A stretch of DNA of 64,000 bases from the NCBI RefSeq assembly GCF_963506605.1, contig NC_083281.1, forward strand, positions 90,644,001 through 90,708,000. Reading direction: 5' to 3'. Below the pieces are notes generated by a model that saw only the letters and a list, made by a program, of their open reading frames with translations, had not been told where the DNA came from and made no database searches. Position 1 is the first letter of the stretch; every line of letters begins with the position of its first letter. The translations under genes were made by a program, and so were the position numbers. Positions 1 through 11,129 of the stretch are shown piece after piece. The DNA comes from Zootoca vivipara. Lineage: Eukaryota.

Positions 1-3000
1 GCGCTGCCGTTGGCGTGGAGGATGCCGTTGGGCTCTGCCTGCTCCTTGGCGGGTGGTGTCTCCTCCCCTGAGTCGGTGCCCTTCCCAGAGGGTGGCTCTT
101 CAGGGCGGCTGCAAGAGAGGAAAGCGAGAGGCCAGTTGCAAACCAGGGAGCCTTCAGTGGGGAGGGGTAGCAGCTGCGTTCCACGGAAAAACACTGAAGC
201 TGTTGCCCTCATCTCTGAGTAGTGGCCAAATCACAAGGTCCAGCCCAGGGTGATGCTGCTGGTGTTTTCAGGCCGAGACTGCCAGCAATCCATCTATACA
301 TCATTTTCATAACATTTTCTTTTTTCTTGAATTTTTTGAATTAATTTTCTTTTCTCTCATTACACATATACTTATAACATACAGCTTGCATAAACATCTC
401 TCCCTCCCCCCTTTTGACTTCCCTCGACTTCCATTTCTGATTTATTAACCTCGTTAATATAATCTGCTATTTTCTACAAATATATTGTTCCTTTTATTAC
501 ATTACCTATTCCCTATCCATAAAATAGGGAAAGTTTATTTAAATCCTACCACCGGATCAATATTCTTCTTTTGTTTCTGCAAATGTAATGTAAAAGGTTC
601 CCACTCTTTTTCAAAATCCCTATGGTCCTTTTCTTGAAGTCTGTGTGTCAGCTTCGCCGGCTCTGCGTAGCTCATCAGTTTTTCTTGCCATTGTTCTTTT
701 GTTGGAATTTCTCTAATCTTCCAATTCTGTGCTAGCAATATTCTCGCCGCTGTCGTCACATACATAAATAATGTTCTTTTCTCTTTTCCTGAAAGACCCC
801 CCCCCTGGTGACACCCCAGAGTTCCCCTGCAGATGGCAGCCTGCCTGGCAGTATCACACTCTCTCTGTGAGTCTTTTTTCTGCTGTGTGAGGCCAGCAGT
901 GGGCTACCCCTCTGCCCTTCTCCCTCTAGGACAGGCATCCCCAAACTTCGGCCCTCCAGATGTTTTGGACTACAATTCCCATCATCCCTGACCACTGGTC
1001 CTGTTAGCTAGGGATCATGGGAATTGTAGGCCAAAACATCTGGAGGGCCGCAGTTTGGGGATGCCTGCTCTAGGATGTTACAGGTGGGTAGCCGTGTTAG
1101 CAGAGAAACCAATAGGAGACAGGACATTCTATACAAGATCTCAAAGCAGCTGTCTTACTACAAAAGAATTTCAGAAATAGCCTGGAAAGAGAAGTTGCTG
1201 AATTGCAACTTATCACCAAGCTTAAAACCATGGAAAGACCTGGTTTGAACAGAGACGTTGGATTCTTATCTCATTATACATGATAAAGCGATCTTCAGCC
1301 ATCTCACCCCTTGCTTTTTCATGCAAGACCATTTGCAGTCATTTACAGTCGTCAACAGGTACCAGTCAGTCAATCACCCATTTCCACCACCCTTCTGAGT
1401 GATACCCCTCCCCACCCTTTCTCTACATATAAGCGTCTGGGGGCTTCTATTTCAGTGTATCTGAAGAAGTGTGCATGCACACGAAAGCTCATACCAAAAT
1501 TTTAAAAAACTTAGTTGGTCTTTAAGGTGCTGCCGGAAGGATTTTTTTTTATTTTGCTCCCTCTAGGATGGACAGAGCACCCGAGGGATGCTTTTCTTTG
1601 CAATGCTTCCGTTCAGATGGGAGTCGCAACACAGTGCCCCTCCCTGCCCCACACGGCTTTGGAACCCTTCCTTTGCACAGAGAGCTGGAGGAGCCCTGAA
1701 GGAAAGAGATCCTTAGAGCCACAAGCCACAAGGGCGGACGGCCCAGCAGGAGGAGGAAAGGAGGAAGCAGCAGGCGAACAGAGGGCTGAGCTGCGGTTCC
1801 TCAAAGCAGCAAGCGCTCTGCCATGCCTCTGCAAAGGAAGACACCTCCCCACACAAGGAGGCTGCTGCTGGGTTGCGCCTGCCCAGGCCCAGCCTCTAAC
1901 CACACCAGGAGGATGTATGTGGGCGTCTAGCAGATGAACGGACGTCAAAGGCCCCAGGAGACACTCAAGGGAACAAACTTACTGTACGGTCGGTGTCTCT
2001 TCTTCTTCTTCCTCCTCCACCTCGTCCTCTTCCAAGGTTTCATCTCCATCCTTGACGGGCACCATCTCGAGACCCTCTGCTGAGCTCTCCAGCTTCCCTT
2101 CCGCACCACCGAGGGAGGCCAAGTGCAAATCTGCCGCAGCAACTTCCTCCTGCAGGCAGGAAGTCCTTCTGGGCTCCTCCACCCATGCGCAAGAAGGCAA
2201 TGGGTGGCCACGGGATGGGGCTTGTGGCTTGTGCTCCTCCTGCTCTGCAGCAGGAGCAGAGAGGACCCGGAAGCTGGAAGAAGCCCAGCTGATCTCTGCA
2301 GGAGACGGAGGCTCTGGGGCAGGGTGGCTCTCCAGAGGCTCTTGCAGCAAAGCAGTCACCAGGGAGGTGCTGCAGACAGAAAACAGCAGGCCTTCCTGGG
2401 CTGGCAAGTCAACACCTGGGCGGGAAGGGAGGGAGGAATGGATGAGACAACAGGTTAATTACATCGTGACAAGGCTCCGCTCTGGTCCTCCATGGAACAG
2501 GGTTGGGGTCAGGTCGGGTGGGTATTTCGTAGGGCTGGGCCATATGTATTGTCCAAAACCGGTTCAAGGTCCCTATTGTGAAATTGGTTTCAAAAATTTT
2601 AACCTGGCAATATATTGCAAATCATGATGTGTGTGTGTACGCTCTGCAAAAATCACAATGCGGGGAAAACCATGAAGCCAGCCAATGCATCTACATAGCT
2701 GCATCCTTATTTCAGACATTGTGTTATCCTATATAATAAAGTCCCTGTGTCTCTGCGTCCAGATTCCCTGTGTCCCGTTTTCCGTGCTACTGAGCATGTG
2801 CCCCAGGGACACAGGGATTGGACGCAGAGACTGCACGCACACACACACATACATGCTCTCCCCACCCCACCCCCACCCCTCTGCCCTGTACTGGCTCAAT
2901 AAGCAGTTAAAACAGAGGCCACCAGGTGGAAGGCAGGAGCAGGCAGCCAGGCCCCTAAGCAGGGCAGGCCTTCTCTCCTCAACGTGCCCAAGGGCCTGAG

Positions 3001-6000
3001 GAGGAAGCCGGGACGACCAAAAAATCGAGGCCCTGGCTTCTCCTCACTAACAGGCCCGAAATTGAGGCCCAAACAGCGCAAGCAACCGGGAGACCCCCGC
3101 TGGGCCGGAACGGCCAGGAAAGGCGCGGGGAGGCCACCGAATGCTCAGCGCCAACCGTGGGACCCTCAGAAAGTGCCGGGGCGGGCGCAAGCCCCCCGGA
3201 CAGCAAAGCTCCCTCCCGGACGCAGCAGGCGACTGAAAAACAGCCGCGGAGGCCAACAAAAGTAGCGGGAGCCACCCCCACCCCCCGAAAAACTGGGCGT
3301 ACACCCCGGAGCAGCCGCCTGGGCTGTCCAGGAGCCAGAATTCGGCCACTGGGCCCTGGCAGCAGCAGCACTATTGATGGGGGGAAATTAGGAACCAAAC
3401 AGCAGGCGCAAAAAGTGCGCGAAAACAGGGTGGGGAGGGATCTGCACTCCAAACACAAGCTTCGGAGGGGGTAAAGGAAGAAATACCCCTGCACCCCCCA
3501 GCCAAGCCCAGGCTGTAAAGGTAAAAAAGGGGGGGACTTTGGTTTGGGGTTTGGGAACGGGGGGGGAGGGAGAATTAGGGATAAATTGAGGATCAAAGGG
3601 AGGGGGGAGGAACAATCAATTAGGCAAGGAATAAAAGCCCCCCACGCGCCGCTGCCACCGAAAAAGGCCGAATGTTCTAGCGCCCGTTTATTAAACTTCT
3701 CCGAACCCCCGAGATGTTCTAGCGCCCGTTATTGAACGGGCTGAAATACACTAGTATCAGTATAATGTAAGGATTAGCTGGTGATATACTATACCATGAA
3801 GTTGAAAACCAGGTATCGCTGAGCCCTAGCATTGGGCCCATTTAGTGTGGGCTTCGAGGGTCCAACTATAGTGGTACTTTGGTTCTCAAACGCCTTGGTA
3901 CTCAAACAACTTGGAACCCAAACACTGCAAACCCGGAAGTAAGTGTTCTGGTTTGCGAACTTTTTCCGGAAGCCGAACGTGCTCCGTTTTGAGTGCTTCC
4001 AATTTGAGTGCCACACTTTGAGTGTTACGCTAAGGTCTGTCTGTTTTTGCTATTTATTTTGTGTTTTGTGGCTCTTTTTTTGGGTGACTGTGCAGAACCC
4101 AGTTCAGCTACTGATGGATTGATTGTGTGACTGCAGTACATTGTTTATTGGTTTCATTTTATGGATCAATGGTCTCGTTAGATAGTAAAATTCATGTTAA
4201 ATTGCTGTTTTAGGGGTTGTTTTTTAAAGTCTGGAATGGATTAATCCATTTTACATTACTTTCTTTGGGAAAGCGTGCCTTGGTTTTGGAACACTTTGGT
4301 TTTGGAACGGACTTCCAGAATGGATTAAGTTTGAGAACCAAGGTACCACTGCTTAATGATTCAGAGGCTAAACAGAGAGGGGGCCTGAAATTGTGATGGG
4401 AACCTGAGATGCATTGCCCCACACCACAAACAGCACTATTTCCCCCCACAGGCCTGTCAGCAAAGTTAAAACTGGAAAATTAAGAAGTCTTCACTTGAGC
4501 TAACAGGTTTAAGCTACTAATAACTTCAGTCCCAGAAAGGATGAGTCACAAGCTCAGGCCCCCGACCTGAATGCCCACACCATGGAAGCTGTGGACGCAT
4601 CCTGCAGCCTCACTTACTCCGATGCCCCAACACTTTTCCAGTCTGCCCCCGTTCCTGGCTAGAGGTGAGGTGACACCAAGATCGGTCAGGTGATAATTTT
4701 TGAGGACTGCTTGTAAATGCTGGATTTTCAATTCTGAAAACTGAGCTCCTGCATGGTTTATGTTAAACCGCAGAAGGCCGTCTTGCGCACGCTGGGCCAG
4801 CAGCCTCTCAAAAGCAAGGGCAAAAGGGAAGCAATGACATCTTGAATGGCATGAGCGATGGAGCCTCAAGAAAAGCGTGGGTGCACATTTTGTTGTCGTT
4901 TAGTCGTTTAGTCGTGTCCGACTCTTCGTGACCCCATGTGGGTGCACATAGAGATCTCAATTTTGACCACACAGTAGGAAACTGTTTTAACTGCTATAAC
5001 AAGCTCATGCAACAAAAAATAATATTTAGAATATACTGGACCCCATTACATTTGTTTTAAAAAGGGCTATCTAAGGTATCGAGGACCCAGGTGGCACTGT
5101 GGGCTAAACCACTGAGCCTAGGGCTTGCTGATCAGAAGGTCGGCGGTTTGAATCCCTGTGACGGGGTGAGCTCCTGTTGCTTGGTCCCAGCTCCTGCCAA
5201 CCTAGCAGTTCGAAAGCACATCAAAATGCAAGTAGATAAATAGGAACCGCTATAGCGGGAAGGTAAACGGCGTTTCCATGTGCTGCTCTGGTTTGCCAGA
5301 AGCGGCTTTGTCATGATGGCCACATGACCTGGAAGCTATACGCCGGCTCCCTCGGCCAATAATGCGAGATGAGCGCGCAACCCCAGAGTCGGTCACGACT
5401 GGACCTAATGGTCAGGGGTCCCTTTACCTTTACCTTTACTAAGGTATCTAACTGTTGGAGAGGCAATAGGGATAATGCTTCTCTAAAACATATGTCCTTT
5501 CATTGTCCTATATTGAAAGATTTTTGGCAGAAGGTAACAAACGATCAACAGAACTGTACAGAACAACCTTACATTTACAGAGCAAAATATCCTCTTGAAT
5601 ATTTACAAAGGGACATTACGAGTAGACTCTCCGTGCCCTTACCACAGTGAAAAGACTGATCCTGATGAATTGGGAAAATAAAAATGCGGCTCCCTACTAC
5701 AATTGGATTGAAGATTTATACAAACTCGCAACATATGAACAACTTGCATATAAATGCGGACTTGCCATGGACAAATTCAATGATATCTGGAATCCATTCT
5801 TACAAATACTGTAATAGGTTAAGATCTGGTGAAGTACAATAACAACCTTGTAAATTATACAGTTTGGGGGTTCCCCTCCCCCCTTATTTCCCCTTCCATA
5901 CATATTCTGTTTCTCTTTTGCTCTCTTTTATGTCTCACAATGTTTAGTGCACACATAATTACGTACTTTTTGAACTTTCAATGAAGATGTTTAAAATCTA

Positions 6001-8554
6001 AAAAAAAGTGCATATACTGTATAATTATGTACTTTTTGAATTTCAATGAAGATGTTTAAAATCTTTTTAAAAAATGTTAAAAGGGGGTGGGGAGAGCGAC
6101 CCTGCACATGAGTGCAAGGACATTTCCACAGTGAAGAAGCTAAAGAGAGCCTTATAATTTCTTGCAGCGGGAGTGAATTTGCATGCGTGCGAGTGTTCTC
6201 TTAAGCCAAAGGCTTTTGGATCACAGAGTCTCTCTTCATCCAATCACTGGGGCTGAACAAGCAGGCCAGAGGGCTCCAGTTCATTTAATTTATTTTCGTA
6301 TGTTCCATATCACTTTTCACCGAAAGTACATAGCAGCATCCTCTTCATGGAGCTATGCCATGCAGGGCCACCCAAGATGGACAGGTCATAGTGGAGAGTT
6401 TTGACTAAACGTGATCCACCTGGAGAAGGAACTGGCAAGCCACTCCAGTATCCCTGCCAGGAAAACTCCATGGACAAAGACAACATGAGTTTGACCAAAC
6501 TGCGGGAGGCAGTGGAAGACAGGAGTGCCTGGCGTGCTCTGGTCCATGGGGTCACGAAGAGTCGGACACGACTAAACGACTAAACAACAACAACATAGCA
6601 GCATGACCTGCCTTTAAAATCTTCACGATCAATTTAAACCAACAAAACACAAAAGTAAAGAACAAGCAGCCCGAGATGACCTGATCTCAAAGGTTATTGG
6701 GCAGATAAAGGGCAGCTGAGAAGTGAACCAGGAGGCCTCTTAGGTGGGGATGGGGGTGGGTGGGGTGGCAGTCATAAAAGAAGAGTCCAGCTTTCTGGGA
6801 ATACTTTGGCGCTCTGGGCAAACTGGAGGAGATTGGCAGGGGAGACAGTGAGTGTAGTAACCTGATGCTCTTAAAAGATGGTCTGCAGCCCACAGCAAGA
6901 CTCACCTGGGGGAGTCATCCGGTCCAAATCACTGCTGGAGGGGGTGTGGTCCGACTGGTCTGGGAAGAAGCCTTGGACCTAGAAGACAAAACCAGAGGTC
7001 AGAGAAAGACAGGCCTTGGAGAGCAGCTCTGGCCCCCTCACCCCACCATGGTCTTGCCTATGGAGTCTCCTGCCAGCCCAGGCAATGGGCAATGTTTCCT
7101 AAGTACCTACGGGGGGAGAGAATGGCAGCCTGTGAGCGGCTGGACCAGGCAGGGAGGGGAGCAAATGATGGTGGGGGCTTCCAAGGAGGCCTTGCACCCC
7201 ATCCTGAAGCACGTCTGCTTGTAGGGAAGGCCACCACGCTGGAGGGAGGGTGGGCAGGCCAGGCTGTGATAGACAAACAGCATCAGTACCAATTGTTAAG
7301 CACCCTTCCTGCAGCTGGCAGGTCTCCTTTGTTCCCAGGGCAGGCTGCGCAGAGATCCAACATTATCTGGCTGACCCTTCGAAGGCCAGGCTGAGCTCTG
7401 GGCTACGGCTGCCTTTCCCTGCAGCCTGGCCCAGGGAAGCAGCAGTAACACCGGGCTGGATGTTCAGGACTCACCTCCTTTGATGCGTCCGACAAGGGAG
7501 CAAGGCAATGAGGCAGCTCCCTGTCCTCCTCTTCCACAGCGCAGGCACTTTCCAGCTCCCCTTCTGTGATCACCAGGGGAGACAAGGAGCGGTAATGAGG
7601 CACGTAGCTTGGGTAAGGGGCTGGGGACGGGTCACCGCCAGGATCTGGCTCAGGCGCAGGCTTGGAGTCCGTGGCCGCAAGGCTCATTGCCACACCTGTC
7701 TGGCATGGCAGGCCGTGGGCACAATCCCTAGAGGTCAGACCACAGGTGGGGATTCCTTCCCCATCTTCCTTGAAGGGCTTTTCTTCCATATGGCCCAAGA
7801 GAGCTGGTCCTTCGGAGCTGGTGGTGCTTGGACTTGCGCAAAAGAGCGGGTTGTCGTAAAACAAACATTCTACCTCCTCCTCCTCCTCTTCCAGCGAGCC
7901 TTCATCCTCCTCCTCCTCCTCCTGCCTCTCCGAGTCCTCCTCCGGCTCCTCCCCACTATCGCTCTCCAGGAGCAAAGGCCCATGGGAAGTGGCTGAGTCC
8001 TGCAAGGGGGGCGTCCCCAGCACCTGCTCAGGGCTAAGGGAGGAACTCCTAAGTGGCTCCTTCTGCCGGTCAATCTCCCCTTGCAGGTCCAGGACGCAGC
8101 GCTCGGCTTGAAGAATGCTGGCCCAGAAGAGAGCATTTGTGGCATCATTGCTGCCGTCGTCCAGGCTCTTCGGATTTTCCGGTGGCTGCTGAGATGCTTC
8201 CCTCCTAGGCTGCACAATCTCCAGGCCCTCTGAAGCAGGGCAAGTTCCAGGGTGGAATTCCTCAGCACGGCTCTGAGCCAGCAGTGGGGAAGGCTTTTCG
8301 GAGGACGTTTCACCTCTGCTCCAGCCCACGCCCTCCAAGCTACCCATGAGGAGGTCTATGTCTTCCAGGCCCAAGAATGGAAGGGGAGTCATGGTTTCAG
8401 TCTGGGGGGTTTCTGAAGGTGCCAGCAGGCCACCCGCCCCTCCTAAGCTGTCTCCAGTTTCACAGGTCACGTCTCTTATTCCTAAATCAGTCAGAAAGTC
8501 TATTAGGTCCGAAGGACTGGAGGATGCAGGAGGCTCCATTCTGGCGTTCACCAT
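1..8554 (-). CDS. PSD4: PH and SEC7 domain-containing protein 4 (EFA6B), 5' coding exons; gene continues beyond the left edge
   Basis: Proposed exons (minus): 8554-7475 (ATG at 8554 within an exon starting at acceptor 8659; donor GTGAGT), 6978-6906, tentative 4654-4618, 2369-1983 (donor GTAAGT) and 108-1 (RPEEPPSGKG...EPNGILHANGS). Phases 0/1/2/2 join in frame. The acidic N-terminus has motifs SILQAERCVLDLQGEI and LFYDNPLFCASP resembling mammalian PSD4. The gene lies immediately downstream of IL1RN in the same orientation, as in human. The Sec7 and PH domains are not in the window. Confidence 0.72.
310..790 (-). mobile_element. L1-clade LINE 3' fragment
   Basis: ORF 535-765 (AARILLAQNWK...PTKEQWQEKL...FEKEWEPF) resembles an L1/Tx1-type ORF2 C-terminus, followed by an A-rich 3' end. 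Confidence 0.65.
932..1067. mobile_element. hAT MITE (palindromic, 136 bp)
   Basis: TIR CAGGCATCCCCAAACT with perfect 8-bp TSD CTCTAGGA (924-931, 1068-1075). Confidence 0.92.
1078..1557 (+). mobile_element. Penelope-like element, 5'-truncated (GIY-YIG C-terminus plus pLTR with hammerhead motif)
   Basis: 1122-1283 encodes GHSIQDLKAAVLLQKNFRNSLEREVAELQLITKLKTMERPGLNRDVGFLSHYT*. A short inverted pLTR piece lies at the 5' end. Flanked by duplicated CTCTAGGATG (1068-1077, 1561-1570). Confidence 0.85.
1455..1495 (+). ncRNA. Minimal type I hammerhead ribozyme motif (PLE-associated), copy A
   Basis: GTAT-CTGAAGA-A-GTGTGCATGCACAC-GAAA-GCTC-ATAC: stem I GTAT/ATAC, catalytic boxes, stem II hairpin and palindromic AGCT stem III. 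Confidence 0.75.
2727..3754 (+). mobile_element. Non-autonomous Helitron (1028 bp)
   Basis: Starts A|TCCTATATAATAAAG and ends CTAG|T. Subterminal hairpin GCCCGTT-attg-AACGGGC at 3724-3741. No TSD. Confidence 0.85.
3869..4351. mobile_element. Tc1/mariner (Tigger/pogo-like) non-autonomous element
   Basis: TIR (C)AGTGGTACyTTGGTTCTCAAAC ... GTTTGAGAACCAAGGTACCACTG. Confidence 0.75.
4889..4937 (-). mobile_element. 49-bp BovB 3'-end insertion
   Basis: Reverse complement of ATGGGGTCACGAAGAGTCGGACACGACTAAACGACTAAACGACAAC with perfect 12-bp TSD GTGGGTGCACAT (4877-4888, 4938-4949). Confidence 0.85.
4990..6000 (+). mobile_element. Degenerate L1-clade 3' fragment interrupted by a Sauria SINE
   Basis: Zinc-knuckle-like CWRGNRDNASLKHMSFHCPILKDFWQKV and an A-rich end. 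Boundaries approximate. Confidence 0.55.
5082..5438 (+). mobile_element. Sauria SINE
   Basis: tRNA-like head GGACCCAGGTGGC..., (ACCTTT)n tail, TSD CTAAGGTATC (5071-5080, 5439-5448). Confidence 0.9.
6340..6592 (+). mobile_element. Bipartite non-autonomous BovB derivative (Bov-A-like)
   Basis: BovB 5'-type segment (GGAGAAGGAACTGGCAAGCCACTCCAGTAT...CCATGGAC) fused to the BovB 3' end with (CAA)n tail. TSD ACATAGCAGCAT (6328-6339, 6593-6604). Confidence 0.8.
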
Positions 8555-8817
8555 GAAAATGTCCAAAAAGGTCCAGTTAGGCTAAGCCCTCATCTTGTTT
8601 GTAAAGGGTTGAGCAACGCGGGCCTCCTGCGGGCAGGATCCATGCCTCTCCTGCTGACGCTGGAAAAGAGAAAGCAAACATTGACGTATCACGAAACAGA
8701 AGTCCGGGGGGGGGGGGAGCTGCTGCAAACAGAACCAGGCCGAAAGGTCACCTGGAAAGGGCCCTGCAGGTGTCACCAGGTTCAAATTGGGAGTGCTTAA
8801 ATTGTCCATCATTTCAA

Positions 8818-9552
8818 AGAACCTTTTCATGAGGGTGAAAGAGGAGAGCGCAAAATATGGTCTGAAGCTCAACATCAAAAAAGCCAAGATCATGGCCACT
8901 GGTCCCATCACCTCCTGGCGAATAGAAGGGGAATAAATGTAGGCAGTGAGAGATTTTACTTTCTTGGGCTCCTTGATCACTGCAGATGGTGACAGCAGTC
9001 ACGAAATTAAAAGATGCCTGCTTCTCGGGAGAAAAGCAATGACAAACCTAGACAGCATCTTAAAAAGCAGAGACATCACCTTGCCTACAAAGGTCCGTAT
9101 AGTTAAAGCTATGGTTTTCTCAGTAGTGATGTATGGAAGTGAGAGTTGGACCATAAAGAAGGCTGATCGCCGAAGAATTGATGCTTTTGAATTATGGTGC
9201 TGGAGGAGACTCTTGGGAGTCCCGTGGACTGCAAGAAGATCAAACCTATCCATTCTGAAGGAAATCAGCCCTGAGTGCTCACTGGAAGGACAGATCCTGA
9301 AGCTGAGGCTCCAAGACTTTGGCCACCTCATGAGAAGAGAAGACTCCCTGGAAAAGACCCTGATGTTGGGAAAGATTGAGGGCACTAGGAGAAGGGGACG
9401 ACAGTGGACGAGACAGTTGGACAGTGTTCTCGAAGCTACGAACATGAGTTTGACCAAACTGTGGGAGGCAGTGGAAGACAGGAGGGCCTGGCGTGCTCTG
9501 GTCCATGGGGTCACAAAGAGTCGGACACGACTAAATGACTAAACAACAACAA
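8818..9552 (+). mobile_element. BovB (RTE-clade) LINE, 5'-truncated
   Basis: ORF 8946-9542 (FTFLGSLITADGDSSHEIKR...ELWCWRRLL...HGVTKSRTRLND) is a BovB RT C-terminus with a (CAA)n tail. Confidence 0.95.
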
Positions 9553-10028
9553 GGAAGCATCATTTCAGCTGGTGGAAGCCAATCCAAGGGGCCCAAATCT
9601 CTCCCCACCAATCCATTGGCATGAAAACAGAAGATGTTGGAGGTGAAGTGCAACCCCACCACCACAACAGCCCTAATAATCTTGGGCTGGAGAAGGAGAA
9701 ACTGGTTGGTGGCAGTGGGGTGGGAGACAGAGACTCACCAGCTCTGGGGCTCCAACCGAGGCAGATCAGAGAGGAGGCAGCGGTAGGTGCTGGCTGACCA
9801 AAGGAGCAGCCTAGCCCAAAGGAATGCCTTTGCTGCCGAAAACACACTCTGAAAAGAAACTAGGTTTCTCTTCAGTATTTTAAGAATTTATATACCGTAT
9901 CCCTGCCCAAAATTAGGTTGCTAATGGGGACTAGCTATACGGATCACATCCCAGCAGTTCTTAAAGCACGGCACCGAGTTCAGATCCATTTCTGGGCACA
10001 ATTCAAAGAGCTGACGGATACCTTAGGG

Positions 10029-10628
10029 CAGTGGTTCCCAACAGGTGGTCCGGGGACCCCCAGGGGTCCGCGAGCTATGCCAGAGGGGTCCGCAAGATGC
10101 TATTAGAATAAAAAATATATTAAATTTATTTTGTATGATAACAGATTTTTTGTTTTAGCCGCTTCCTGCATGAGCAGAGTCTAGCGCAAAACTAGAATTA
10201 GATAGAGGCAGTAGTTCTGCTGTATGCCGTTAGGTGGCGCTTTACAAACACTACTGTTTTGCAAAGAGGCAGCGCGCGCATTCTAAACGCTCACCTCCCC
10301 AAGATGCTTTGCGCGTGTCGGCTTCATTTGTGCGCTACTGCGCAGGTACCCTGTCTTCTCCATTCCTCTCCCTCCTCCCTGGCGCGCGCTGCCTCTTTGC
10401 AAAACAGTAGTGTTTGTAAACAAAGCGTTGTTTTTCGCGGAAGCTACAGTTTGCGTAGTTAAAAATGGACCGTTGGTTAAAAAGTGGTTCGTTAAAACGA
10501 CAAAGGCCTACAGATGAAGAGGAAGATAATGCATTTGATGTTCAAGCAAGTAAGTCAATTAATGGGGGTCCTTGTCACAATAGCGGCTCGATGAGGGGTC
10601 CTCGAGAAAATTTTGTTGGGAACCCCTG
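10029..10628 (+). mobile_element. Internally deleted hAT (Charlie/Buster-like) transposon, 600 bp
   Basis: TIRs CAGTGGTTCCCAACA / TGTTGGGAACCCCTG with perfect 8-bp TSD CCTTAGGG. Probable transposase start MDRWLKSGSLKR at 10465. Confidence 0.88.
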
Positions 10629-11129
10629 CCTTAGGGGGTCACTCTGGTCCCTGGAGGGTCACCTTTCATCCCAGCAGCCAGCCTCAAGGCCAAGCCTCCC
10701 TGGTGCAAAGCCTTAAGTGAGTGGGGAACAGGGAGGGGGCCTTTTGAGTCATGGGAGGGGGCTCACTAGGGAAGACCCTCCTCAGGAAGGCTTGCCAGGC
10801 ATCAGCTATGACATTTCAGTGCCAGGCAAGCACCTGTTTGTTTGCCCTGAAATTCCAGCAGGCAATGATAGTCAGCCTTGACTATTATGTAACCCATTCT
10901 TCTGAACTTTATGAGTTTGCTTTCATTGCTTTAATTCTGTCCTTTATGGTTTTTCGGGTGTTTTGCACACAGGAGCTGCCTTTGTTGTTCTATTGCCTTC
11001 TGACTTACAAAAGAGCAGTACTGGCGATTTCCAAATAAGCAACCCCCGCTTCCCCCAAGCTGGTGCCCTCCCCGGCCAGAAGAGCATCGCCCGCCGCCCC
11101 ATGGTGCTCTTCTGGCCGTCCCCGGTAGG

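Noticed and set aside
2979-3735. Several 90-205 aa ORFs
   Set aside because: They lie within the GC-rich Helitron interior and show no Rep or helicase motifs.
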